Below, in pieces: positions 36,448 through 48,801 of a stretch of DNA of 64,000 nucleotides. The DNA is from Cladosporium halotolerans (taxonomy: Eukaryota): contig NW_027191455.1 in NCBI RefSeq assembly GCF_011745625.1, positions 124,001 to 188,000 on the forward strand, written 5' to 3'. How positions within the stretch are numbered: the stretch's first letter is position 1; each line of letters begins with the position of its first letter. Both the position numbers and the translations under genes were made by a program. Below the pieces are notes generated by a model. That model did not search any database. It had not been told where the DNA came from and saw only the letters and a program-made list of their open reading frames with translations.

Positions 36448-37749
36448 AGCTGCCAATGATGAATTTCCAAAGGAATCGAAAACAGGTTGAATCAACGCCA
36501 GAAAGAACAAAGCACGCGACTTGTGATGTAAAGTACAAACCCCAACAAATTCGTATCATGCAAAAGGCTCGCAGCTAGGACTTTGTTTGTTGGGGCGATG
36601 CTCTAGCCAACCCACAGGGCACTTGATCGAAACTCATCTATCTCTAGGTCGAGGGGCGGAGCCTCACCTGCCTCTTGAGGCAACGACTCCGAGTCATCTG
36701 TGCACTGAAGGATGCATAGGCGTCTTGTCGCGTGGCGAATGCAGGCACACACTAGATCGCGAGTCATGATGAACTTCTCCTCTCTCGCTTCGAACTATCA
36801 GCGAAAGGACGTATACCGTAGCGAAAGCGGGGAGTGGAGCCGGACGATGGCTTGATCCTTCGTGAAGTGACCTCGCAGGCGGGACGCCCCGCTGACGAGT
36901 CTTCCGTTTGGGCTGGCTTTTTGACTGGAGCATGCAGCGAAGCGACATCACCCGACTCCAGTGTATTTGATTGGATGTATCGCCAAACTCAACACTGATC
37001 GTCGTCCGGTCGTCTGCTGGTTCAAGTGCTGTCATTGTTCGAGTTCTTCGAAACGTCGAGCGCGGAGTGAGGCGGCGGAGTTGCATACAAAAACCTACGC
37101 GTTTTAGCCAAGCGAGCAGCCATTGACAGGCATGTCGCAGAGTACCCGCACTTCTTTAGCTCCAGGAAGAGTATAATGTGGAGGAGCTGTGCATTCCGAA
37201 CCCATGTCGCCATGCCGGGTCGGCACCATAGTTCGATCCTTGGAGCAATGAGGTTCCGCTACCACCACGCTCATCACGATGCCTCCATTAATCCTCCCGG
37301 TCTCTGACCAATCTAGGCATACCAGACCCGAGACTCTCGGAATGGAAGTCGAGCACCATGTGAGATGGGCCTTGAAGCCATCCATGATCCTAAGGACAGT
37401 TCAATACACCTCTCAAGCAACGGCGACGAGCATTCCCTTCGAGAGCCTTGCGAAGTGGCGGTTGGTCCGGAGCGGACTCTAGAGTTGGCTCCCTCCAAAT
37501 ATAGATAGCGAGGTGTCTGAATCTGTCAAAGGAGTATTGTCCGGGCTGCAGCATCAAGGGTCTATGAATAAATCCCGCTCATTGGCACGCACGCTCTTCA
37601 GAATCGCCAGTAATGCTTACGCCGCAATCATCTGCGCTTGGCAACTTGCTTCAAGGGGTCCCGATGGTATCAAGATTGAGACCGCAAGATACTTCTTTTC
37701 TTTGCCTCTCATTGTGGTCAATCGCGTCTTGATTGCCCAATGCTTCCTC

Positions 37750-39278
37750 ATGCCTCATCCAAGATTCACCCAAGGTTGGATCTACAACCTCAAAGGAATT
37801 CCAGACAGCACTGAAGCTAGCCGGGTCATTGCACTAGCCCTGACGTTTTCGGCACTCGCATGCTTGCTTGTTGCCCTGCGGCTTGGAGTCAGATCGCGAA
37901 CAAGCGGAGCCATAGGTGTTAGTCGCCCCCTTGTAATGATGCAAGATATTTGGCTGACAGTAACGCAGTATGATGACATCGCCATCACAGTTAGTGCGGT
38001 CAGTTTCACCGCATAGGGCACAACATAGTGAAGATGGTCAGCTAATAAAGCATGCAGCTTCTGGGAGTTGGCTACAGTGCGACTTCCGTGTATCGTAAGT
38101 GAATTGAGACGGGTGATCGCGAGGACTACGATGCTGACGCTGGCAATGCTCTAGAGACCAGATGGGGACTTGGGCTCAGTAGCAAGGATTTTCCTGAAGC
38201 GAATGTCGTACGGTACTCTTTGGTACAATACACTGGTGGTGAGCGATCTCTCTGTGCCATTGAGCTCATTCCAGATATACTGATGATGTTCAGGCCCTCA
38301 ATACTGCCTGGCAATACTGGGGTTCAAAGTCTCATTGTTGGCTTCATATCTGCGCGTAGCAGGTTTCAATCGTACTTACGCAAGATCCCTCTACATTAGC
38401 ATTGCCCTCGTCACGATCAGCCAGCTGGTATTCACGGTACTTCACGCAGCGTCATGCTCTCCTATAGCAATGCGTGAGTCCACAAAAGCCATTGAAGAAC
38501 GACAGTGTTGCTGACAAAATCCATCGCAGAATGGGACAGCAGCATCGAAGGGACTTGTATTGACACACTATCGATGTACTTTGCCCTAGGCGGCATTAGC
38601 CTCGCTTGGGATGTCCTGATCATCGTCATGCCCTTTCCCATCTTGAGACGCCTAAATCTCAATAGACGCAGCAAAGTCAGTCTGGCAAGCCCCGATTCAC
38701 ACCGTGCTACTACAAAAGACTAACGACCATCGCAGGTCGCTCTCGTCCTCCTCTACAGCCTCGGATTCTTCGTGACAATCGTACAAGCGATCCGCATCCA
38801 AACCATAGCCGACCTCGCCACTTACACCGAGTCTCAAGCTATCATCGAATGGTCGATCGTCGAGATCAACCTTGGCGTCATCATCGCATGCATCCCAACA
38901 TTCCGTCCGCTGCTCCGCAGCGTAGGCCGCAAAATAGCCTCCTCCAGCAATGGGAAGGGTTCGCTCCACCAGCAGAGTAACAACGCCCACACGAAAGTTA
39001 AGACGGCTTCCTATACCCATGATTCCGGCAAGAAGGGTATGTTTGCGTCCGTGCGTGAAACGGCCGACAAAGTCGTGGAGGAAGACGAGATTGAGCTTTG
39101 GGATGGTGGGAGGGGCCCGCTTGGCCAACAGAGGAGAGCTTCAGCGCGCGTGAGGGCGGATGCGACGATTGATGATGAATTGTCGTCAGCAAGCAGTCGG
39201 CTGGACAATCGGCAGATCACCGTCAGCCATGAAGTGAGCGTTCAGTATGGCGACGAAGCTTCTGTGCAAAAGCAGTGA
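37750..39278 (+). CDS. Rhodopsin-domain (PTH11-like, no CFEM seen) integral membrane protein, many short exons
   Basis: 'LLVALRLGVR', 'YDDIAI', 'DVLIIVMPFPILRRL', 'WSIVEINLGVIIACIPTFRPL', followed by a hydrophilic tail. Confidence 0.85.
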
Positions 39279-39404
39279 TAAAGTGAAAGTGCCGAAGGGA
39301 CTGCCTGCCTTTTGTGAGGGGAAAACCAAGGATAATAAGAATGTTTCGTATTCAAAGCAAGGGATCGAGAGAAATAGAAGGCTGTCAAAGCCACAAGCAA
39401 AGAT

Positions 39405-40910
39405 TCATCGCTCAACGGGCGTGATGCCCAGCGTCCGCCAGGGCTGTTCCAGTTTGGCCGGGGATCGCTGGAGCTCAAACTCCTGCACCAAGCCATTCCC
39501 CTTGCCCTTATCCGCAGGACGCGCATTCCCCAAAAAGTTACCAGCAGCCTCGACCCGGGCGTGATACGTCGGTACCCGGCCGGCCGGAGACGCCAGCGTG
39601 CTCCAGCCCCTGCCATCTTCCAGGCCGCCGGAGGTTCCCGCGCTTCTTTTGTTCGTGCTTCCGCAAGCACAACATTCGCGCATGCTTTCCATGTAGACCT
39701 TCCGAAAGGGCGCGGTGGTGCCGAAGACCAGGAACATGACGATGCCGGCCGTCGTGCCTGGGATGAATGAGAGGACGCTGCTTATGGTGCTTGCGATCGA
39801 GTAGTCGGGATGGCCGCGCGAGGCTATGTTGGCGCAGGCGGAAGCGCGGGTTGAGGCTTCGTTGAAGGTCAGGATCTCGTATGCACTGCGTCGGGATCGG
39901 AAAGTCAGTCAAAGATGGTTGGGGACGTGCAGGTGCGAGATGAGGAGGGTCAGAGGCTCACCTTAGGGCTACGAAGAGAACGAAGAAGCGCATCAGGAGC
40001 CACTTATCGGTGGAAGGCTTCGGAGCACTCTTTCCGTCCGACGTGTTGAGCGAGATGTCGACGGATTTGGCGTTCGCTATGTTCGAGAAGCTGTGAAGGC
40101 CACGGACATATTTGATCAATATGGAGATCACGCAACCACTACCGACTGCCCAGACTATGAGCACTGTGGGCTTTTGTCAGCTGAGAGATGGGAAGAGAAG
40201 TGGGATTTGGAACATACTCGGGAATGAGACTACCATGAGGGATGTCGTAGGCTTGTTGTCGAAGATAGGCGCGAAAGGAACAGACACGCAGATGACTGGC
40301 AGTAAGAAACTGCAAATTTTAGACGCCAACTGCAATGCATCATGCTTGCGCATCAACTCTAGAGGTTTGCAGTTGTATACACCTCTCACAAGCGCAATAA
40401 TCCTAGATGACGGCGTCAACAACCAGCTTAATGTCTGCAAAGTCTTCAGCGATTCTTACCAGCAACATGTCAGAAGCCTGTCTAGACAGTCAGTGTTTGC
40501 TTGACGTCTATAATGATGAGCCAGAAACTTACGCGGTCACGTTGTGGAGATATGTTTGGATCCAAAACAAGATCAGACTTGGACCCAGTGTCAGGGGTCC
40601 AACAACGAGATTTGGAGTCATAAGTCCGTTTCTCGCTTGCTCGTATTCAGAAGTCCTGTCATGTCGCCAATGGAAAATGTACCAAAATTGCTGGCAAATG
40701 TTGGCAAGAGACGATAATGTGACAGATATCGCCATGAGACCGACATCTGTGATCAAAGTTAGCGGTGCCCTAAGATAGAGTTAGGTCAGGTGGAGCCGCA
40801 CAAGACCATCGTTCACTGTGATAGTGTTGCATCAGGACGACAAGAATACACAGACCCAGACACACGATCGACCAGACCAGTACAGGGATGGCGACGACGA
40901 CGGCTTCCAT
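39405..40910 (-). CDS. Uncharacterised multi-pass fungal membrane protein, multi-exon; exon boundaries approximate
   Basis: Successive hydrophobic exons ('MEAVVVAIPVLVWSIVCLGLCILVVL', 'LANICQQFWY', 'LILFWIQTY', 'LMRFFVLFVAL', 'SFIPGTTAGIVMFLVFGTTAPFR') separated by GT-AG introns. Confidence 0.65.
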
Positions 40911-43199
40911 AGGCATGGCTTCATTCTGAGGAATGCTATAGCTCATCGTCGCAAGTGTTGCGCTTCGCCCAGTCGCGGTAAACGATCGACGCTCCAGCTA
41001 GTGTCGGTCAATAGAGAAACATCTCAGTCCGTCATCTGAACGGTCCGAGGGGACTCGTCTGGGGGCAATAGAGCAAACGAGAGTTCGAAAGAATGCGTGA
41101 TCTGGCCGTCCTGCGGCAGAGATGCATTTCAATAAGCAAAGAGAGTATCTTCGCAAGGGGAAGCAAGCTAAGGGCCGGTGGAGTCATTTGTTTTAAATCC
41201 GTCCTGCGCAAGCTCGCTCTCCCGAGCGGCGACATAGTCGCCGAAAGAGCTGATGTAAATGGCTTGACCGTTGTCATTTCATGGATCCGGCAGATGAGTA
41301 CGGTTTGTGTGTAAGCATCGCAACCCGAAGATTACACTTCTCCGTAAGGAAACTAGTTCCAAATTTGCGTAGAAAACGATGCGTGAACGTTTGTCAAGTG
41401 TGTACCTTGGTGTGTGCACTGATCCGCATCGTGATCCACGCTGTTTGGCGATCATGCGGTCGACGCTCCAGTACCACCTCCGGGTGCAACCGGTGGCTCT
41501 GCTGCAATGACCAGATTGGTGGGTCGCGCATGTTTCAGGGGAATTGTGGGAATCCTTGACTCCAGACAGACGGCTGACACTCTGTCACGACGGCCAATTC
41601 TCGCTGTCAAGGATGCGGCGATGAGACTATCGGATTTAGGCGCAGCCAGTCACTTTCATCGGCTACATTCAGCTATATTCGACTGAGCTGATCAATACCT
41701 TGACGGAGCTTAGGAGTTTCTTTTAGATCGTTGTGTCGCTACGTTTCACGCCATGAGCGCCAGCAAACGGTCGTTCTAACGTCGAAACGCTAGCGTGAAG
41801 AAGCGGACATCTCAACGTTGGACTGAGCAAGCGAGGCAGGCGTCGTCGTCGTCCTTCGCTATGCGCGAATGGGTGCTGATGTACATCATTTTGCATGACC
41901 TCAGTGTGATTGCACACACAGCCTGAGTGTTCTCCAAAGCGAAGTGTCCAGTCATGCTTGTCTATTCCCTTGAAGGGAATCTGAAGTCGGAAGCTGGGAA
42001 CACATCTGTGTTTCTGCGGAGTCTGTCCCGTGTCCCGACTTTTGTCCGTGGCCAGCCTGTTGGCCTGATCACGACGACGACGCCACAGACGACCACAGTT
42101 TTTCCGGGAGTTTGGTCTGACTGGTATACTGCCATTTACTTTGCGTTCTTGGAACAACGAACGTTGTCGTGGGTCTAGACACACGACCCGCTCGCAGGAG
42201 AAGAGTGCCTTGTGCGTATTGTCGCTTCATCATGCAGGGATGTTGACTCGCGTGTGGAGATGATCTTGCTGGCAGAAGCTAATCGCCACGCGCTAGGTCA
42301 ATAAGCACCTTGCGCCTTAGCAACTACTACCATGCCGTCACCCTTTTCATCTCGGCCGGTATGGCCACAACGGCGGCTACGGTACTTTAAGGCTTGGTTG
42401 ATTCAGGATGAGACGAGTAAGAAGACCGCACGAAGACGAGTTCAAATGATTCACGCTGGCTTCAGCGTTGGAGCAGCGTACTGAGGCATACATAGTACGT
42501 CCAAAGCCGCCAGGCTTCGTTTCCGTTACCCCAACCCTAACCCTAAAGAATCAATATGATGGTCAGGGTTATCACAACATCAACCTTTCCGCTGGAGTTC
42601 TCCACGAGGCAGTCGTCACATAGAAGTAGAAATTCGATAGTATTTGACTCACTTGAGTTTTGGAAGAGAGTCTCTGCGTGTACAGGCCCATTAGATCGTA
42701 TTCTGCAGTGAGCGATGAACGAGTGCGCGCATGTCTTCATGCTTCTCGGGATTGACATTCCACTGGTCTTGAGCGCTACGCCTAGACAGTTCGGTCATGA
42801 GCTGAGCTCCTTCACCTAGAACCCGTCGGTTATGGCGATGTCATCATTGGTTGTAAAGACATGCACACATACATACTCTCGTTCATCCGAGGCACAAACG
42901 GTTCAAGGTTGGTGGCGGCAGCGAGGCGTTCGGCGGCTCTCTCGGCGGGGCGAAGATCCTTTCACGGCGCGGGCAGCTCAAAAGCCGCCTCGGCTCCACC
43001 GCGCGCAGCAGCGCCAGCTGCAGCGGGCGTCGTGAGGTTCCCTCCACCTGCTCTCTCCAATTCCCCGTGCTGTACGCGTGCTTTGACGGTTGGCGGAGCA
43101 GGCAAAGGCAGCGCCCACGCGAGTAATCCTGACCCCTACTGGAGTATTGGCTCGGCAGCCGTCCGGGAGCGAGCGAGCGAGCGATCGCCTGCCCCAGCC

Positions 43200-46130
43200 A
43201 TGGACGACACTCGCGCGCGTCCATCCTCGGCCACCGCCCACGAGGCCAACGGCGAGCCTGCGCCCAAGCGTGCGCGCTCAGACAACGACACCGCGACTGC
43301 TGCTACCACCACTGCGAACACTGCTGCCCCTGCGCCTGCGGCCGACGACGGCGCCTCTGCCCAGCAACAAGAACCCCAGGCGACCGCCGGCGCGCAACCC
43401 ACCGCCGCCACCCGGCTGTACACGTGTGGCAAGTGCTCCAAGAGCTATGCCCGCCTCGATCACTTGAGTCGCCACGTGCGCATGCACACCCAGGAAAAGC
43501 CCTACCAATGCCAGGTCTGCTCCAAGGCGTTTGCGCGCGCCGATTTGCTCAAACGCCACACCCTCGGCCACTCGAAGGACGACCCTCAATCCAAGCCGGC
43601 CATCATCCAGCATAGTCGAGTCTCCCAAGCCTGCGAAGCATGTGCTGGGTTGCACTTGAAGTGCGAGGAGGAGAAGCCATGCAAGCGTTGCAACAAGAAG
43701 GGCATCCAGTGCAACTACTCCGCGACCTTCTCGCCTGGCAGCATGGACCAAGCCCAGCAGCAATCACAGCAAGACATTCAATCACCGCAACAGGCGGTTC
43801 AGCAACAACAGCAGCAATTTCAGCAGCAGCAGCAACCATTCGGAAACGGTCTGGCAATTCAGAATTTGCAACAGCACACGCCACCCATGCCTCAGATGCA
43901 CCAAATGCAGCAGATGCCTCACATGCAGCAGCAAGCACGACCGCAAGCTCATCGAAATGCATCGATTGCCTCCATTCATACACAGGCACCCGCGCATCTA
44001 CCTGCCATGCAATTCAACGAGATGACCGAACATCAGAACCAGCAGCAGCAACAACACCATCAACAACATCAGCAGCTACCTCCCATGAGCATGGGAGGTG
44101 GTATTATGCCGCCACAAACGCCTGACAACACCATGTTTGATTATCTGCGTGACAAGATGATGCCGCCAACCACACAGCACCAGCAACAACAAATGCAATT
44201 CTTCGGCGACTACCAAGCAGGACCATGGACGCCCCGGGAGCTTTTCGACTTTGGTGTCGATACTAACATGGAGCTCAACGAATTGGATTTGACTTTCATG
44301 GATACTTACAATAACGCAAATCCTTTCGACCTTCGGACGCCTAGCATTGGATTTCCAACCACGGGTTCGGATATAATGCCCAGTTTTACGTCAGCGCCTC
44401 TCCCTCCACTGGATACAGGTGCGCTGCCTAAACAGACTGTTTGGCGTTTCCGACCGCTAGCCAAAGATTCAGGCTCCGCTGAACAAACGAACTTGTCATT
44501 ACCGACGCCTACTAGTCTGGACATTGACCGGAGAGTAAACTGTGAGCCTTTGTCGCAAACATCGCGTGACAAGATCCTGGCAATGATCTTGAGCACATGT
44601 AAACCGAACAACATTCCGCGCTCTGTGGCCTGCTTCCCGTCGATTAGTCTGCTGGACAGCCTCTTCCAATTCTCTCTGACTTCACCAGGATCCCACGCCA
44701 AGCATTGGATTCATGCCCAAACATTACTGGCTGGTCAGGCTAGGCCCGAAGTTCTGGCTGCAATCATAGCCGCCGGAGCGGTTCTTACTCCCGACACTGC
44801 TATTCGTAAAGTAGGCTATGCGATCCAAGAGGCCATTCGTACTGCCGTGCAGGTGCAAGTGGAAGAAGACAACAGTCTGATGCGAGACCTGCAAATCATG
44901 CAGGCTTCGCTATTACAACTCAAGATCGGCTTGTGGAGTGGAGACAGCCGCAAGATGGAGCTTGCAGAAGGGTTCCAACAGGTGCTGGTCACCATGGCGA
45001 GGAGAGGAGGTCTATTCAGGCGAGGCACTTACGAGCGCATCGTGCCTTACGCCGAAGACACGGGAGAGGTGCTCGCAAAGAAGTGGCGAATGTGGGCTAG
45101 GCAAGAATCGCGGAAACGCTTTGCGCTCCACCTCTTCCGTCACGATCTAGAAGCGTCTGCCTCCTTGCTATCAAGCCCGTTAATTTCCTACGCGGAGCTT
45201 TACTTACCACTGCCGGAGTCGGAGGCTCTGTGGCACGCAGGATCTGCTGAGCAGTGGAAGGCTACTTACATGAAGAGTTCTGCTCCACGGCACGACCGGC
45301 AACCCTCTCTTGTTGACTGCATTCAGGATCTCGACATTCTTGCTACTAAGGATATCTTCGTCGATGGCCGTCAAGCGAGCATGGCAGTGCTCGGTGCTGC
45401 TTGGCGCATGATCTGGGAGTATCGCCAGCTGGAGTCCTCAATGAAGGAACGTTCAAGCCAGTGGTGCAATGGCAACCTTCTGATGAGTTCTCGCCACTCC
45501 GAGCTCACAAAACTGCTCCAATGCTTCAGGATCTCCAGCGTGGAAGACGCGAAAGTAACGCTCATCCTCGAACTGCTACTCATGCACCTCCACCTCTCCC
45601 TCGACGACGTTCACCTCTTCGCCGGCGTCGAAGGCGAGGAAGAAGCGCGCCGCGTCTACCCCTCGCTCGTCCAATGGACAAAAACCGCGACCTCCCGCCA
45701 AGCCCTCTGGCACGCCGGCCAAGTGATCCGCTCCGCCCGCAACCTCCGCTCCGGCCTGATCTGCGACTTCGCCGCCATCGCCGTCTACCAGGCCTCGCTC
45801 GCCTTCTGGGCCTACGGCATCATCACGCGGGCCTCCGAGCCCAGCCCCCTCAGCAGCCACAACATCACCGCCTGGCTCGACGGGCCCGACGACACCGGCG
45901 CCCAGCGCTGGATCATCAACGGCAAGGGCAACGCCGCCATCCGCAGCCTGCCGCTGCCCGACGGCGCCAGCTCCGCCGGCGACGCACCCGCTCTCGTCAG
46001 CAACCCGGACGAGGTCGTCATCGCCGTCGTCGCGGCTATGCGGCGCAACCACGCCGAAGCGCGCAGCCCGCCGCTCGTCGACAACCTGATCAACATGATG
46101 GAAGGGCTGCGCAAGGCTTCGCGGACGTGA
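43200..46130 (+). CDS. Transcription factor with two C2H2 fingers, a Zn(II)2Cys6 cluster, a Q-rich region and a Fungal_trans-like domain; intronless
   Basis: '[49 protein letters not shown]' and '[28 protein letters not shown]'; ATG 43200 in gccATGg context. Confidence 0.92.
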   Translation: MDDTRARPSSATAHEANGEPAPKRARSDNDTATAATTTANTAAPAPAADDGASAQQQEPQATAGAQPTAATRLYTCGKCSKSYARLDHLSRHVRMHTQEKPYQCQVCSKAFARADLLKRHTLGHSKDDPQSKPAIIQHSRVSQACEACAGLHLKCEEEKPCKRCNKKGIQCNYSATFSPGSMDQAQQQSQQDIQSPQQAVQQQQQQFQQQQQPFGNGLAIQNLQQHTPPMPQMHQMQQMPHMQQQARPQAHRNASIASIHTQAPAHLPAMQFNEMTEHQNQQQQQHHQQHQQLPPMSMGGGIMPPQTPDNTMFDYLRDKMMPPTTQHQQQQMQFFGDYQAGPWTPRELFDFGVDTNMELNELDLTFMDTYNNANPFDLRTPSIGFPTTGSDIMPSFTSAPLPPLDTGALPKQTVWRFRPLAKDSGSAEQTNLSLPTPTSLDIDRRVNCEPLSQTSRDKILAMILSTCKPNNIPRSVACFPSISLLDSLFQFSLTSPGSHAKHWIHAQTLLAGQARPEVLAAIIAAGAVLTPDTAIRKVGYAIQEAIRTAVQVQVEEDNSLMRDLQIMQASLLQLKIGLWSGDSRKMELAEGFQQVLVTMARRGGLFRRGTYERIVPYAEDTGEVLAKKWRMWARQESRKRFALHLFRHDLEASASLLSSPLISYAELYLPLPESEALWHAGSAEQWKATYMKSSAPRHDRQPSLVDCIQDLDILATKDIFVDGRQASMAVLGAAWRMIWEYRQLESSMKERSSQWCNGNLLMSSRHSELTKLLQCFRISSVEDAKVTLILELLLMHLHLSLDDVHLFAGVEGEEEARRVYPSLVQWTKTATSRQALWHAGQVIRSARNLRSGLICDFAAIAVYQASLAFWAYGIITRASEPSPLSSHNITAWLDGPDDTGAQRWIINGKGNAAIRSLPLPDGASSAGDAPALVSNPDEVVIAVVAAMRRNHAEARSPPLVDNLINMMEGLRKASRT

Positions 46131-46974
46131 GAGGGCGCTGGCAGCGGAAGCCCTGCAGGGCTGTTCACGATGGAGCTAGCGCTTGCTGGGTAATTGACAG
46201 CGAGCCGATCGTTGGCCCGACCGAGCAGCTTCGCGGGTTTCCGCTTCCGGCGACCAGCGACGTAATCACCGTGCGATTTCAGTCGGCGTATCCTTGCTCA
46301 CGAGGAAAGCGATGTCGGCGCGGCAAGCCGGATTACATGGAAAGCAAGAGCTGCCTATTAGTCTCCGCGAGGAATCGCGAGCATGGGAAAACGAGCTTCC
46401 ACGCTCTCCGCGCAAGCACTTCGTCGCCAGTCTTTTAGTGTCCCAAATGAGGGAGACTGGTTTTCCGCAGAAGACGAGCAGACACGGCTTTGCGCTTTTC
46501 CGAACAAACCACGGCGGTCAGACGTCGTACTGGCTAGTCCTGCTTGAGCATTGTAGTGATTGGGTTTGGGGAACATTGATCTTTGAGGACCCGAGTGGGT
46601 GGATGGCGTAATTGCATTTCAATGATATCCCAGTCTCGTTTCTCTATTGTATGCAATTTTAACATCAATTCGCTCGCGTCGTCTCAAGTCGTGCCGTTGT
46701 CGGTTGTGATTTCGCTCTCAATCCCATATGCCTACGATTCTCTTGAAGTCATAGCACGGAGCTCGTGATATCGTACAAACAATTATTTGTAATAGTTGAA
46801 TTGATTCTTTTTTTTTCTCTACTTTAGAGTTTTGGCAGCGACTCGCGTCGTAGTTCTTCTACAGATGAAACATTAATCCGAACGCCCAAAAGCGCAAAAA
46901 ACGCTTAATCGGTAGAGAGACAGCCTCCTCCGTCGGGACGTCGTCCCGCTAGGTTATCTACACCGCGAGGACGC

Positions 46975-46998
46975 CGCACGCGCGCGCGCGCGCACGTG
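46975..46998. repeat. Alternating purine-pyrimidine tract containing (CG)7
   Basis: cgcacgcgcgcgcgcgcgcacgtg read directly, downstream of the HapX-like stop. Confidence 0.8.
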
Positions 46999-47117
46999 GA
47001 AATAACAGCAAGAAAAAGCGTAAATCGTAAAAGCCACAAAGGATACAGCCAGTTTTCCCATTCCTTGCCTCGCAGACGACCCGCCGTTCTAGTCGAGATC
47101 GTGAGACTGTCAATTGA

Positions 47118-48512
47118 CTAAGGAGCCTGCGCCTGCGCCGGAGCCGCATCCCGCCCCTGCAACCGCGCGGAGGAGGGACGCCGCGACATGCTCTGCAGCA
47201 CCTGCGCGGCCTCCTGCTCGTTGACGTCGTAGCCGGCTCCGGCGCCTGAGCTGGACGGATACGAGTGGATTGTCTGCCTGGCGAGGCCGCCGAAGAGCTC
47301 GGAGATGGACGGCACGCGCAGGCCCGGGCCCTGAGTCTCGACGCGGTCGATGAACTTGGAGCAGGACATCAGGCGCGTCGAGCCGGACGGCGGCGGCGGC
47401 GGGGCCATGGAGTCGTTGCGCTGCTCGCTGCCGCCCGTGGGCAGCGGGCTGAACTCTGTCTTGGCCGCGAGGGCTCTGCACGCTTCGGCGCGGGCGGGGT
47501 CGCGGATGCAGGCGTCGCAGCCGCCGGGGGCGATGGCGACGGGCTCGGCTTTCTTGCTTTGCAGGCAGCTGCAGTTGCTCTCGTCGGTACAGAAGCCGCA
47601 GCCGTCGTTGTCGTCGCGGTCGATATCCATGCCGGAGCCGAGCCACTGGGCGTTGTTGTCTTCGTTGGGCTTGGGCTGGTTGCGATCGGCGTTGCGGGAG
47701 GTCCAGAAGTTGGTCATGTCGGTCTCGGGCCAGCCTTCGTCTGGTGGCGTCATTATGCTGGGGTTGTCAGATTGGGTGTAACTGCTGGCAGGCCCACGCC
47801 AATTGGTAGCTATCGAAGGAAGAGCGGCGCTCGTGGTGGTGGTTTGCAGGACTGGATTGGGGAAGCCAGCTTCCTTGAAGCGCTTGAGCGAGTCGACGGA
47901 GTGAAGTTTATTTTCAGCGTCTTCAGCACGCTTGACAGCAGCATCCAGATCCTTTTCAAGATCGCTGACCTTACGCTTGAGGCTGTTGTACTCCTGGCGT
48001 TGATTCTCGAGCTGGTTTTCGTGCTTCCGGGTCATAGCTTCCATCTCTCGGCGGAGGCGGTCGTTGTCGACGGTGAGCTCGGAGACCCTCTGTGCACGCT
48101 TGTCCCGGAAGTTCCTTTGGGCCATACGATTCTGTACTCTGCGCCTGTCGACGGCATCTTCCTGGGGCAGCGGCTTGCGGCCTGGCTTGGGCCTCGCCGG
48201 GACGATGACCTGACTGCTGAGCGGACCCATTGCGGGCGCGAGCGATGCGGGCTGGGGAGGCAGCGGCTGCTGCTGGCTCAGAGGAGGGAGGGCCACCTTG
48301 TTGTTCGGCGGCGAGGTGTACTGTGCAGCATTGTCCTCAGACGACCTGTGGCCGTAGTCCGGCTGTCCGGGGCCGGTGTTGCCGTACTGGAGCGGCTGGC
48401 GACCGTCGTGCTCGATGGACGGGCGCACGCTGTCCCTGGCGGTGAGGTGCGGGACTGCAGGCTTGATGTCAGCGGGAGAGGCTGGTGAGATGGTGAGAGT
48501 GGCCGTGGCCAT
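47118..48512 (-). CDS. hapX: HapX-like bZIP iron-homeostasis regulator (Hap4-like motif, bZIP, Cys-rich regions)
   Basis: 'IVPARPKPGRKP', basic region 'RRRVQNRMAQRNFRDKR' with coiled coil, 'GCGFCTDESNCSC', 'PGGCDAC...C', 'LMSC'. Confidence 0.8.
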   Translation of the reverse strand: MATATLTISPASPADIKPAVPHLTARDSVRPSIEHDGRQPLQYGNTGPGQPDYGHRSSEDNAAQYTSPPNNKVALPPLSQQQPLPPQPASLAPAMGPLSSQVIVPARPKPGRKPLPQEDAVDRRRVQNRMAQRNFRDKRAQRVSELTVDNDRLRREMEAMTRKHENQLENQRQEYNSLKRKVSDLEKDLDAAVKRAEDAENKLHSVDSLKRFKEAGFPNPVLQTTTTSAALPSIATNWRGPASSYTQSDNPSIMTPPDEGWPETDMTNFWTSRNADRNQPKPNEDNNAQWLGSGMDIDRDDNDGCGFCTDESNCSCLQSKKAEPVAIAPGGCDACIRDPARAEACRALAAKTEFSPLPTGGSEQRNDSMAPPPPPSGSTRLMSCSKFIDRVETQGPGLRVPSISELFGGLARQTIHSYPSSSGAGAGYDVNEQEAAQVLQSMSRRPSSARLQGRDAAPAQAQAP

Positions 48513-48801
48513 GGTGCATCAGTAGGCCGCGGGCTGGATGGGAGAGGAGTAGATGTTGCACGCGAGATGATCAGATTAGATTCGTGCGTGGACATCAGTG
48601 GGTGGGAAGATGCCTGCGCTGCACGAGCCCTGCGTGACGCCTCGGCCGATGTCGGGTGTGCAGAGGCTTGCGCCTTGGCACCCGAGGGGAGTGGAGTGGG
48701 GTCGGACGAGCGCAGCAGGATGGAGGGCCTGTGCGTCGAGGATTTTGTTGACGAACGCGGTCAAGTCTCGAGAGGTGGACGATGAACATCATGTGACTTA
48801 C

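Noticed and set aside
36765..37000. ATGATGA box-C-like motif
   Set aside because: No suitably spaced box D, terminal stem or host intron seen.
42528..42546. CCCTAA repeats as a telomerase RNA template or a chromosome end
   Set aside because: Only about 2.5 units, internal to the window, and under 700 bp before the next plus-strand gene, too little room for the long telomerase RNAs of filamentous fungi; no pseudoknot recognised.
42861..43199. 113-aa N-terminal extension of the C2H2/Zn2Cys6 ORF
   Set aside because: GC-rich leader-like sequence without domain features; ATG 43200 has the better context. Not excluded without transcript data.
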